A stretch of 32,000 nucleotides of DNA. Origin: Aquifex aeolicus VF5. GTDB taxonomy: Bacteria; Aquificota; Aquificia; Aquificales; Aquificaceae. The notes beneath the pieces are model-generated. The model worked only from the letters and a program-made list of their open reading frames with translations. It had not been told where the DNA came from and made no database searches. The DNA lies in contig NC_000918.1 in assembly GCF_000008625.1 (NCBI RefSeq), positions 840,001 through 872,000 on the forward strand, in the 5' to 3' direction. Of the stretch, positions 1-10,688 are shown in pieces. The position numbers and the translations under genes are program-made. Numbering within the stretch: position 1 is the stretch's first letter; the number at the start of each line of letters is the position of its first letter.

Positions 1-159
1 AATACTTTGATGTACACAGATGAAGGTCACCACGCTTACGTTAATACCTTGAGGTGCAAAGGTTGTGCCCTTTGCGTTTACGTGTGTTCTGAGCTCTTGA
101 AGCGTGATTCCATTGAGATGGTTTACGCGGAAAACAGAGACGTTGCAGGTGTAAGGTAA
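1..159 (+). CDS. 2-oxoacid:ferredoxin oxidoreductase delta subunit (4Fe-4S ferredoxin-like), C-terminal fragment; 5' end outside window
   Basis: Frame 1 is open from nt 1 to TAA at 157-159. The translation ...TLRCKGCALCVYVCSELLKRDSIEMVYAENRDVAGVR has a CxxCxxCxxxC cluster motif. It lies directly upstream of the OFOR subunit genes. Confidence 0.6.
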   Translation, partial: NTLMYTDEGHHAYVNTLRCKGCALCVYVCSELLKRDSIEMVYAENRDVAGVR

Positions 160-171
160 GGAGGTATTAGA

Positions 172-741
172 ATGGCAAAGTTAGGACCTGCAGGATATTC
201 TCCCTATCCTGTGGCGGTTACGGAAGGTGTTTTAACCCCTCCTCCCGGAAAAGCTCTTATGTTCAACGAGATAGTGGACGAAGAAATCGCAATGAGGGAA
301 GCCGCTAAGGCAATGCTCACAAGGGATAACCCCACCATATTCCCTGGACCTCAGGTACTATACGCCTGGAACGAGGAGGCGAAGGAAAAGGCTAAACTCG
401 TAAGGAAGATGGCGGAAGTCCTCGGTGCAAAGATAATTCCCATGTACGACTACAGACCCAAGTATCCCAAAATTGACCCCGAAAAGGAAATAAATCCAAA
501 CCATCCTAACCTCACCATATGGCACAACAAGATTAAGGCGTGCATATTCATAGGTGTTCACTGTCACTACGCAAACGTGGCTCTCAAGATAATAAGGGCA
601 GAAACGGACTGCTTCACTATAGCCATGTGCAGTATGGCGGGACACGAGGACGCCATGATCACCTTGAGGGACCAGCACGTGGAGGACCTAGAGAAGTTTA
701 TAAAGATTGCCGAAGAAGTTAAGAAGGAACTCGGCAAGTAA
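172..741 (+). CDS. OFOR fifth (epsilon-like) subunit candidate, CdhB/DHS-like fold
   Basis: 189-aa ORF with GGAGG 7 nt upstream of the ATG. The layout resembles the CO dehydrogenase/acetyl-CoA synthase epsilon subunit (..AKAMLTRDNPTIFPGPQV.., ..ACIFIGVHCHYANVALKIIR.., ..TIAMCS..), as reported for the extra subunit of five-subunit Hydrogenobacter Por/For enzymes (from memory). Confidence 0.5.
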   Translation: MAKLGPAGYSPYPVAVTEGVLTPPPGKALMFNEIVDEEIAMREAAKAMLTRDNPTIFPGPQVLYAWNEEAKEKAKLVRKMAEVLGAKIIPMYDYRPKYPKIDPEKEINPNHPNLTIWHNKIKACIFIGVHCHYANVALKIIRAETDCFTIAMCSMAGHEDAMITLRDQHVEDLEKFIKIAEEVKKELGK

Positions 742-1283
742 TGACTACAACTTTAAAGAAGTGGACCTACAAGGATTACTTAAAGCTTCCCGATGACAAG
801 AGATACGAGATAATAAACGGAGAACTTTTAGAAGTGCCGGCTCCTACAACAACTCATCAAAGAATAGTAGGAAAATTATTCAGGATTTTAAGTGATTTTG
901 TAGAAAGTAAAGAACTCGGTGAAGTTTTCGTTTCCCCCGTTGACGTAATTCTTTCCGAGGATAACGTGTTTCAACCGGACATTGTTTTCGTTTCCAAAGA
1001 CAGGAAGGAAATAATAAAGGAAAGAGGGATTTTCGGAGCTCCCGACCTTGTGATAGAAGTGATTTCCCCCTCTACACTGAAGAGGGATACCGAAGACAAG
1101 AAAAAGGTTTACGAGAAGGCTTGCGTAAAGGAATTGTGGCTCGTATTTCCGGGAGAAAAGGCGGTAGAGGTCTTCTTCAAGAAGGACAAGAATTACAAAG
1201 TTTGTTCCTTTGGTTATGAGAATTTAAGCATCCGATCATGTTTTTTAAAGGGCTTTGAACTAAATTTAAAGGAAATCTTTTAA
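741..1283 (+). CDS. Uma2-family (DUF820) PD-(D/E)xK putative endonuclease
   Basis: 180-aa ORF. Motifs: WTYKDYLKLPDDKRYEIINGEL, QPDIVFV, APDLVIEVISPST, KKKVYEKACVKELWLV. The start codon overlaps the upstream stop (TAATG). Confidence 0.8.
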   Translation: MTTTLKKWTYKDYLKLPDDKRYEIINGELLEVPAPTTTHQRIVGKLFRILSDFVESKELGEVFVSPVDVILSEDNVFQPDIVFVSKDRKEIIKERGIFGAPDLVIEVISPSTLKRDTEDKKKVYEKACVKELWLVFPGEKAVEVFFKKDKNYKVCSFGYENLSIRSCFLKGFELNLKEIF

Positions 1284-1294
1284 GGAGGTGTGTT

Positions 1295-2509
1295 ATGGCA
1301 CAACAAGTAAAGACTGAAAAAGTCAGATACAATAGAATGGGCCAAAGAATTGTCTCACCCGATTACCTTCTCTTTGAAGCCCCCAGAACCAAACACTTCA
1401 TAACCGGTTCAGAAGCGGTTAAGGAAGCGGCAAAGAGGGCAAGCGTAGACGCTTCTATATCTTACCCCATCACTCCCCAGTCCGAAGCTGCACACATGCT
1501 CGGTGAGCTCTGGAGGGAAGGTTACATAGGCGTTTACTTCAGAGGGGAGTCCGAGTTCGGTGTTATGTCCGAAGTGGCCGGATGTGCAATGGCGGGAGCC
1601 AGAACCATAACCACCACTTCCGGACCCGGAACTATGAGGGCTATGGAAGTATTTCCCATGTGGGCAGGATCAAGACTTCCCATACAACTCGTTCTCATGG
1701 CAAGAGGTATAAACTCTCCACTCTCCATACAGCCCGATAACTTGGAAATATCCTTCCTTCTGGACACGGGATGTATGGTATGGCACGCGGAAACCGCTCA
1801 GGAACTATTTGACATGATTATCGCAGGATTTGTGGTAGCCGAACAACCTGACGTCCACGTTCCCATAATAACCGCGATAGACGGATTCTTTATATCTCAC
1901 ACAAGGGAAGCTGTCTACCTACCACCAGAAGATATAGCATTACCTCCGTACAACCCCTATAAGGCACCCATGCCCCCGATAGACATGGAAATGCCTCCCG
2001 GAAGGTTCATGAGAGACCCCTTCGTAATGAAGTCCAATTACATTTCTTACGCAACGCACGCAAGCTGGCAGTTTGAGGTAAGGGCCGCAATAGAAAGGTC
2101 AAGACCTTATGCAAAGCACTACCTCAGAGGACTCGTAGAACACTTCGGAGACCCCGAGGGTGAAGTTCTCTTTATCGCAAGCGGAACCGCTGCGGCTCAG
2201 GCAAAAGAGGCAACCCAGATACTCATCCACGAGGAAGGAATAAAGGCAAGAGTTCTCAGACTAAAGACCCTAAGACCTTTCCCCACGGAAGAAGTGAGAG
2301 AAGCCGTAAAAGGTGCCAAGTATATATTCATACCCGAGTTCAACGTAGTGGGTTGGCTCGAAAGGGAAGTCAAGAGAGCTCTTTATGGTTACACTGATAT
2401 ACCCATATTTGGAACCCCCAGAGTTGGTGGTGGTATGACGATGCCTCCTGAATTCATCGTTCAAGAGGTTTTAAGACTTATAGGAAAGGAGGTGAAACAT
2501 GTCGGTTAA
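1295..2509 (+). CDS. 2-oxoacid:ferredoxin oxidoreductase alpha subunit (Por/Kor/For A)
   Basis: 404 aa with AGGAGG SD. N-terminal ISYPITPQSE motif typical of OFOR alpha subunits. Gene order is alpha-beta-gamma. Confidence 0.9.
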   Translation: MAQQVKTEKVRYNRMGQRIVSPDYLLFEAPRTKHFITGSEAVKEAAKRASVDASISYPITPQSEAAHMLGELWREGYIGVYFRGESEFGVMSEVAGCAMAGARTITTTSGPGTMRAMEVFPMWAGSRLPIQLVLMARGINSPLSIQPDNLEISFLLDTGCMVWHAETAQELFDMIIAGFVVAEQPDVHVPIITAIDGFFISHTREAVYLPPEDIALPPYNPYKAPMPPIDMEMPPGRFMRDPFVMKSNYISYATHASWQFEVRAAIERSRPYAKHYLRGLVEHFGDPEGEVLFIASGTAAAQAKEATQILIHEEGIKARVLRLKTLRPFPTEEVREAVKGAKYIFIPEFNVVGWLEREVKRALYGYTDIPIFGTPRVGGGMTMPPEFIVQEVLRLIGKEVKHVG

Positions 2510-3359
2510 GATATTTAAAATCAACGAAGATTTAAAGGAATTTATGCCTCAAGAAATTGTTGACCTTGAGGAAAAGGCTACTTGGGGCAATCCAAAAAGG
2601 GGAGTTATGGACCTCCCCTACGCGAAGGAGCTTATAGAAGAACACTCCCTTTGTGCGGGATGCCCAGAGTCCGCAGCTTTCAGGTACATCCTTGCATCCC
2701 TTCCCAGTCCGGAAGACACCGTAATAGTTAACTCTACGGGATGTACCTCTCTCGTTTTTCCGCATATCGCACTCCACACGGTACACCCTCTGTTCGGAAA
2801 CCAGAATGCTGTTGCTTCGGGTATTAAGAGGGTTCTCGAGTGGAGATTCCCTGACAAGCCTAAGGACGTTGTTGTAATTGCCGGTGACGGTGCTACCATA
2901 GACATCGGACTTGACTGTACACTCCAGTCTTTCTTCAGACAGGAAAAGATAACGACCATATGTTTTGACAATGAAGTTTACGCTAACACCGGTGGACAGG
3001 ATAGCGGTGCAACACCGAGGGGAATGGAATTCAAGATGGCTCCGGGTGGAAAGCAGTGGGATAAAGTTCCCATGTGGCAACTCGCTATAGACTCCGGATG
3101 CCACTACGTTGCAAGGCTTACCGTTTCTTCACCTAAGAAGGTAGAACAAGTAGTAAAGAAAGCTATATACGTCGCAAGAGAAGTAGGACCCACCTACATA
3201 CACCTCTACACACCGTGCATACTTGAAATCGGGCTCAACTCAGACCAGGGTCTTTGGGAAATGAGACAAAGGGACAAAGAAAGGTTCAAGTTCTTTGAAT
3301 ATATGACAGATGAGGCTAAGGAAGTTATTAAGAAGAAGAAAGAGGAGGGTCTGTTATGA
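2499..3359 (+). CDS. 2-oxoacid:ferredoxin oxidoreductase beta subunit (TPP-binding)
   Basis: 286 aa with AGGAGG SD. Contains LCAGCPES cysteines and the TPP motif IAGDGATIDIG...FDNEVYANTGGQ. Overlaps the alpha gene by 11 nt. Confidence 0.9.
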   Translation: MSVKIFKINEDLKEFMPQEIVDLEEKATWGNPKRGVMDLPYAKELIEEHSLCAGCPESAAFRYILASLPSPEDTVIVNSTGCTSLVFPHIALHTVHPLFGNQNAVASGIKRVLEWRFPDKPKDVVVIAGDGATIDIGLDCTLQSFFRQEKITTICFDNEVYANTGGQDSGATPRGMEFKMAPGGKQWDKVPMWQLAIDSGCHYVARLTVSSPKKVEQVVKKAIYVAREVGPTYIHLYTPCILEIGLNSDQGLWEMRQRDKERFKFFEYMTDEAKEVIKKKKEEGLL

Positions 3360-4081
3360 CACAACCCGTTAGAAGAAGGATTAACGTTAGAATGCCCGCT
3401 ATCGGTGGGCAGGGTGCGGTTTCCGCCGCCCACATTATGGCTACCGCTGCGGACCACGCAGGGTATTACGCAGTCTCCAACCCCTTCTACGGTGCAGAAA
3501 AGAGAATGGCACCCTCTGAAAGTTACGTGAGGATAGGGATAGAACCTATATACGACAGGGGAGAAGTCGTTTATCCCGACGTTATAATGGTCTTCCACTC
3601 TCAGGTTATAACCATGGGTAAATCCTACACAATGCCCTTCTACTCAGGTATAAAGAAGAACGGACTCATCATAATAAACGCAGAAGAGGATCTTCTTTCT
3701 GACGAAGACAAGGCTTTCCTTGAAGAGAGAAACGTAAAGATATTTAACTTCTCCGCCACGAAGTTTGCAGTTGAGATCGCGGGAACGGAACTCGCCACAA
3801 ACATGGCTATGATAGGAGCATTCTTCGGAATTACTCAAATAGTTGGAATGGAGTCCATTGAAGAAGGTATTAAGGCTAGGTTCCTTAAAAAATTCGTTGC
3901 GTCCGGTGGTACTGCATCTCTGGACTCGGCTATTGAGAGAAAGTTCAAGAAAAAGTTAGAACTCATAGAAAAGAACATAGCTACCGCAAGAGCGGCTTAC
4001 GAGTTTGCCAATCAGTGGGCAAAAGAACAAGGAATAGAACCCTGGCTTCCCAAGCCTGAAGCTGTTCTCCAGAGGGCTTAA
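3356..4081 (+). CDS. 2-oxoacid:ferredoxin oxidoreductase gamma subunit
   Basis: 241 aa. Has the GxGGQG-type motif (PAIGGQGAVSAAHIMA). ATGA overlap with the beta gene. Confidence 0.88.
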   Translation: MTQPVRRRINVRMPAIGGQGAVSAAHIMATAADHAGYYAVSNPFYGAEKRMAPSESYVRIGIEPIYDRGEVVYPDVIMVFHSQVITMGKSYTMPFYSGIKKNGLIIINAEEDLLSDEDKAFLEERNVKIFNFSATKFAVEIAGTELATNMAMIGAFFGITQIVGMESIEEGIKARFLKKFVASGGTASLDSAIERKFKKKLELIEKNIATARAAYEFANQWAKEQGIEPWLPKPEAVLQRA

Positions 4082-4142
4082 TATTCTTTTTCCTTTCCTT
4101 TTAAAAATTTTTTATTTTTCTAGATGAATTACTGCAATTTTA

Positions 4143-4230
4143 TGGTGCCGGTGGCGGGAGTCGAACCCGCACGCCCGTGAAGGGCAGGGGATTTTGAATC
4201 CCCCGCGTCTGCCAGTTCCGCCACACCGGC
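4143..4230 (-). tRNA. tRNA-Leu (anticodon CAA), class II with long variable arm, CCA encoded
   Basis: The reverse complement folds as a cloverleaf: acceptor GCCGGTG/CACCGGC, anticodon stem GGGGA/TCCCC with loop TTCAAAA, variable arm GCCC-TTCAC-GGGC, T arm GCGGG-TTCGACT-CCCGC, and 3' ACCA. Confidence 0.93.
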
Positions 4231-4233
4231 TAT

Positions 4234-4491
4234 TTATTTATTATACTGACTCAAGATAAACTTAGCTATTCCTATCCCTCCCGTAGAAGCGAGCTTTTCG
4301 CTAACGCCTTCTAAAAAGGCGTCGTAATACATCCTTGCGGTAAAGCTCTTTCCTTCAGTCATAGGTTTAAAGGCTTCCTTTAATATCTCCTTTATAAAAA
4401 TAGCTTCAAACTCCTTTGCAACTTCTTCTGGTTGTTTCTTCGTTAGAGTTCTATAGTCCATAGGCGGAGGCGAAAAAATAATCTTATTCAA
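4234..4491 (-). CDS. Flagellar rod-binding protein (FlgJ N-terminal domain-like)
   Basis: 85 aa, TTG start, with AGGAGG 7 nt upstream. Motif EFEAIFIKEILKEAFKPM ... GGIGIAKFILSQ is typical of the Rod-binding/FlgJ N-terminal family. Confidence 0.7.
   Translation of the reverse strand: MNKIIFSPPPMDYRTLTKKQPEEVAKEFEAIFIKEILKEAFKPMTEGKSFTARMYYDAFLEGVSEKLASTGGIGIAKFILSQYNK
4240..4245 (-). promoter_or_regulatory. Perfect -10 hexamer (TATAAT) 9 nt upstream of the mature tRNA-Leu 5' end
   Basis: Minus strand reads TATAAT-AAATAAATA-GCCGG(tRNA). The hexamer lies inside the last codons of the upstream CDS. No good -35 was seen. Confidence 0.35.
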
Positions 4492-4783
4492 CAGCTATCC
4501 TCCTAGATTTAGGCTTTCTTTCGGTTTCCTTTACCCTTTCTTCAAGTACTTTAATCTCGTAATCCAGTATAGTCCTGAAGGCTTTCAAGATTGAAAGGGG
4601 TATGTTGTAAAGATTTTTCATAACCTCATCTCTAACTTCCTTGGGAGGGATGCAGAACTCCATGAATTTAAAGAACTCTCTCCTGAGCTCTTCCAGTTCC
4701 TTTTCCATACTCGGAACTTTTAATTCTTCAGCGGTTTGAGTAGTGCTTTCCCTCCTTTCCTCAGAGATCTTTTTTTCTGCCAT
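4484..4783 (-). CDS. Hypothetical charged/coiled-coil protein (99 aa from ATG 4783; alternative TTG start at 4822 gives 112 aa)
   Basis: The ORF overlaps the downstream rod-binding gene by 8 nt, suggesting coupling. I recognise no family. The start is ambiguous: ATG 4783 has a -10-like TAAATT 7 nt upstream; TTG 4822 has GGAG 5 nt upstream but would overlap the lysS start. Confidence 0.5.
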   Translation of the reverse strand: MAEKKISEERRESTTQTAEELKVPSMEKELEELRREFFKFMEFCIPPKEVRDEVMKNLYNIPLSILKAFRTILDYEIKVLEERVKETERKPKSRRIAVE

Positions 4784-4787
4784 ACAA

Positions 4788-4793
4788 TATAAT
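4788..4793 (+). promoter_or_regulatory. -10 hexamer TATAAT 9 nt upstream of the lysS ATG (leaderless candidate)
   Basis: TATAAT-TTATCCCTT-ATG with no SD between them. The -35 region is poor. Confidence 0.4.
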
Positions 4794-4802
4794 TTATCCC
4801 TT

Positions 4803-7909
<3,107 letters not shown>

Positions 7910-7969
7910 CTAACCTCCTAAAAAGAAGTTTTATTCTTAAACTTAATACCGTAGGTTTTTTATTCAACA

Positions 7970-7978
7970 TGATATTAT
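7970..7978 (+). promoter_or_regulatory. Extended -10 (TGaTATTAT) 8 nt upstream of accA ATG 7987
   Basis: TG-A-TATTAT-TCAAAGTT-ATG with no SD. Confidence 0.4.
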
Positions 7979-7986
7979 TCAAAGTT

Positions 7987-8940
7987 ATGCACCTAGAGTT
8001 CGAAAAAGAGCTCTTAGAAATAAAGGAAAAGATAGACAGACTCCTGGGTCTTTACAGACTCGGAAAGGAGGAGGTTCTATCCGAACTGGACGAACTCAGG
8101 AAGAAGTTCAAGGAAAAGGCCAGGAAAATTTACAGGGACCTCTCCCCTTGGGAAAGGGTTCAGGTGGCAAGACATCCCAAGCGTCCTCACACCTCAGACT
8201 ACATAAAGTACTTAATAAAGGATTTTGAAGAGGTTCACGGAGACACCTGCTACGGCGACGACAAGGCGGTAATTGCGGGTTTTGGATACTTCAGGGGAAA
8301 GCCCGTGGCAGTCGTGGGGCACGAGAAGGGAAAGGACACGAAAGAAAAACTGGAGAGAAACTTCGGTATGCCCCACCCTGAGGGCTACAGAAAAGCCATA
8401 AAGGTTTTCAAACTGGCAGAAAGGTACAATATTCCCGTCATAACTTTTATAGACACACCGGGAGCTTTTCCAGGAATAGGAGCGGAAGAGAGAGGGCAGT
8501 CCAGAGCTATAGCGGAAAGTATGCTTACCATGGCGTTTTTAAAAGTTCCCTCCGTTGCGGTTGTAATAGGCGAGGGCGGAAGCGGCGGAGCGCTCGCCTT
8601 CGGTGTGGCAAACAGGGTTTGTATCCTTGAGAACGCCTACTACTCCGTCATTTCTCCCGAGGGTTGTGCCGCTATACTTTGGAAGGATCAGAGCAAGGTA
8701 AAGGAGGCGGCAAAGGCCCTAAGGCTCACCGCAAAAGACCTTAAGGAACTTGGGGTGGTGGACTGCGTAATTCCTGAACCCTACGGTGCAGCTCACTGGA
8801 GTCCAAGGGGAACGGCTATGATGGTTGGAATGACATTAAAGAAGTGTTTAGACGAACTCTCAAAATTGACGGAAGAGGGTGTGGTGAGGAGCAGACTGGA
8901 GAAGTTTAAAAATATGGGAGCTTTTAAGATTGCATCTTAG
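7987..8940 (+). CDS. accA: Acetyl-CoA carboxylase carboxyltransferase alpha subunit
   Basis: MHLEFEKELLEIKEKID matches the AccA N-terminus (LDFEQPIAELEAKID in E. coli). Also ITFIDTPGAFPGIGAEERGQ and GEGGSGGALA. An upstream in-frame ATG at 7969 is possible but less likely. Confidence 0.93.
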   Translation: MHLEFEKELLEIKEKIDRLLGLYRLGKEEVLSELDELRKKFKEKARKIYRDLSPWERVQVARHPKRPHTSDYIKYLIKDFEEVHGDTCYGDDKAVIAGFGYFRGKPVAVVGHEKGKDTKEKLERNFGMPHPEGYRKAIKVFKLAERYNIPVITFIDTPGAFPGIGAEERGQSRAIAESMLTMAFLKVPSVAVVIGEGGSGGALAFGVANRVCILENAYYSVISPEGCAAILWKDQSKVKEAAKALRLTAKDLKELGVVDCVIPEPYGAAHWSPRGTAMMVGMTLKKCLDELSKLTEEGVVRSRLEKFKNMGAFKIAS

Positions 8941-9358
8941 CCCTGCAGTCTGGGCAAATTCCGTATACGTTCACCGAGTAACTTTCCGTTTTGTAGCCGT
9001 AGAACTCTTCGGGTATGTTTAGTTTTTGATCCAGTTTTATGTCTTCAATTTTTCCACACTTTTCGCATATGAGGTGGTGGTGTTCTTCCAGGTTTGCGTC
9101 GTACCTCGCAGAGTTACCCCAGAAGCATACTTTTTTCACTAAACCTATGTTTTCCAGAGTCTCAAGGGTTCTGTATACGGTAGCCAGAGAGACGTAAGGG
9201 TACAGTTTTTTCACTTCCTCGTATATTTCCTCAACGGTCGGGTGGTTATCAGACTTTAAAAGAACTTCGTAAACTGCCATTCTCTGAGGTGTTATCTTTA
9301 GTCCCGTCTCTTTACACCTCTTTACAAAGAACTCAAGCCTCTCATCCGCTTTAAGCAT
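8924..9358 (-). CDS. Fur-family metalloregulator (Fur/Zur/PerR type not resolvable)
   Basis: 144 aa. Winged-helix N-terminus (ITPQRMAVYEVL), then HHHLICEKCGKIEDI and a C-terminal CPDC motif. Confidence 0.88.
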   Translation of the reverse strand: MLKADERLEFFVKRCKETGLKITPQRMAVYEVLLKSDNHPTVEEIYEEVKKLYPYVSLATVYRTLETLENIGLVKKVCFWGNSARYDANLEEHHHLICEKCGKIEDIKLDQKLNIPEEFYGYKTESYSVNVYGICPDCRAKMQS

Positions 9359-9404
9359 GACATAAAAAAATAAATTGAGAAGGAAAACTTTTCAAGAACA
9401 TTTA

Positions 9405-10667
9405 TCAGATATCAAGAGAAGGTTCTACGATGTAATCGTAATTTTCCCTCTTTCTTATTAACTTAACGCTACCATTTTCAACAAGCACTTCAGCTGCTCT
9501 CGGTCTCATGTTGTAGTGAGAAGACATAGCAAACCCGTAAGCTCCTGCAGACAGAACCGCAAGGTACTCGCCCCTCTGGACCTCTTCAATCTCCCTGTCA
9601 AGTGCCAGGAAGTCTCCCGTTTCGCATATAGGCCCTACTATATCCGCAACTACCTTTTTCCTTTCCTTCGTTTCTACGGGAATTATGTGGTGGTACGCGT
9701 TGTATATGGAAGGTCTTATAAGGTCGTTCATTCCAGCATCCACGATTATAAAGTGCTTACTTCCCTTGTCCTTGAGAAACTGAACCTGAGTTATCAAAAT
9801 TCCAGCATTCCCCATTATTGAACGTCCGGGTTCGAGTATAATTTTCGCCTTCACGTTTTCAAGGAGGTCCTTGAGGAGATCTGCAAGATCCTGAGGAGCG
9901 GGTTCTTTGTCCTCGGGTTTGTACTTTATGCCCAGACCTCCGCCTATGTCCAGGTACTTTATATCAAAGCCTTTTTGAGTTAAGCTTTCGTAAAGGCTTA
10001 CAACTTTTTCGACCGCTTCCCTGTAGGGGGATATGTCGAGTATTTGAGAGCCTATATGGCAGTGTATCCCTACTATTTCCAGATTTTCGAGTTTTGAGGC
10101 GTACTCGTACTCCTTTTGGGCTTCTCTTATATCAACTCCGAACTTACTCTTTTGCATTCCCGTGGCTATGTAGGGGTGAGTTTTGGGGTCAACGTCCGGG
10201 TTTACCCTTATGGCTATCCTCGCCTTCTTTCCCAGTTTGCCCGCTATTTCGTTCAGCACGTCCAGTTCCTGTCTGCTCTCAACGTTGAACATCAAGATTT
10301 CGGAGTCCACAGCGTCTGTGAGTTCTTTTTCCGTCTTTCCCACGCCCGCGTAAACTATCCTCTCGGGGGGAATTCCCGCTTTCTTGGCGAGGTATAACTC
10401 TCCGCCCGAAACTATGTCCGCTCCTGCTCCGAGCTCTCCGAGAAGCTTAACAAGGTGTGGGTTGAAATTCGCCTTCACGGCGTAGCAGATGAGTGCGTCG
10501 GGGAAAGCCTTCCTGTAAGCCTCGAAACGCTCCTTTATAAAGTTTGAACTGTAAACGTATAGGGGTGTTCCGAAGGTCTGTGCCAGTTCTTTCAGGGAAA
10601 CACCCTCTATGAAAAGCTCACCATCTCTGTACTCAAGGTAAGGGTTGTACTCTTTGAGCAGTTCCAT
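9405..10667 (-). CDS. lysA: Diaminopimelate decarboxylase
   Basis: 420 aa. PLP-lysine motif CYAVKAN, plus DIGGGLGI and GPICETGD. Confidence 0.93.
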   Translation of the reverse strand: MELLKEYNPYLEYRDGELFIEGVSLKELAQTFGTPLYVYSSNFIKERFEAYRKAFPDALICYAVKANFNPHLVKLLGELGAGADIVSGGELYLAKKAGIPPERIVYAGVGKTEKELTDAVDSEILMFNVESRQELDVLNEIAGKLGKKARIAIRVNPDVDPKTHPYIATGMQKSKFGVDIREAQKEYEYASKLENLEIVGIHCHIGSQILDISPYREAVEKVVSLYESLTQKGFDIKYLDIGGGLGIKYKPEDKEPAPQDLADLLKDLLENVKAKIILEPGRSIMGNAGILITQVQFLKDKGSKHFIIVDAGMNDLIRPSIYNAYHHIIPVETKERKKVVADIVGPICETGDFLALDREIEEVQRGEYLAVLSAGAYGFAMSSHYNMRPRAAEVLVENGSVKLIRKRENYDYIVEPSLDI

Positions 10668-10676
10668 AAAATTGAG

Positions 10677-10682
10677 ATTTTA
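10677..10682 (-). promoter_or_regulatory. -10-like TAAAAT 9 nt upstream of the lysA ATG
   Basis: Minus strand reads TGTAAAAT-CTCAATTTT-ATG. There is no SD, and the gap to the upstream gene is only 21 nt. Confidence 0.35.
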
Positions 10683-10688
10683 CAAAAT

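Noticed and set aside
741-1283. Uma2 gene as a recently acquired mobile or foreign insertion.
   Set aside because: My hand count of GC in 100-nt samples (39% inside versus 41% in the neighbouring gene) shows no compositional break. I saw no direct or inverted repeats, integrase or tRNA target. I keep it as an embedded operon gene, not a mobile element.
1710-1740. Sigma-28-like promoter (TAAA ... GCCCGATAA) on the plus strand.
   Set aside because: It lies inside the alpha-subunit coding region. The spacing is 18 nt rather than 15, the -10 has an extra C, and no flagellar gene lies downstream. I found no convincing TAAA-N15-GCCGATAA match upstream of the flagellar genes in the window either.
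2532-3104. Long antisense ORFs opposite well-supported genes. Examples: 2532-3104 and 2618-2971 (beta subunit), 5088-5681 (lysS), 7343-7846 (thiC), 14055-14405 and 14218-14676 (flhF), 22390-22962 (mnmA), 23673-24098 (MAT), 30191-30667 (molybdoenzyme).
   Set aside because: Their translations are low-complexity or rich in R/S/L/F/Y and show no recognisable motifs or SD sequences. They lie fully inside genes with strong homology signals. They are typical shadow ORFs of purine-rich thermophile coding strands.
4082-4142. Intrinsic terminator after the gamma-subunit gene and tRNA-Leu (T-rich stretch with AAAAATTTTT palindrome).
   Set aside because: No GC-rich stem precedes the T runs on either strand. 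Only a weak imperfect pairing exists (GCCT...AGGGC). This is not enough to call a terminator.
4743-4802. Extended lysS start (GTG 4743, 597 aa) as given by the ORF track.
   Set aside because: The extra 20 residues (MLSLLSSEIFFSAIQYNLSL) have no counterpart in LysRS N-termini, and no SD precedes the GTG. ATG 4803 begins the conserved helix. The extension would also overlap the divergent gene.
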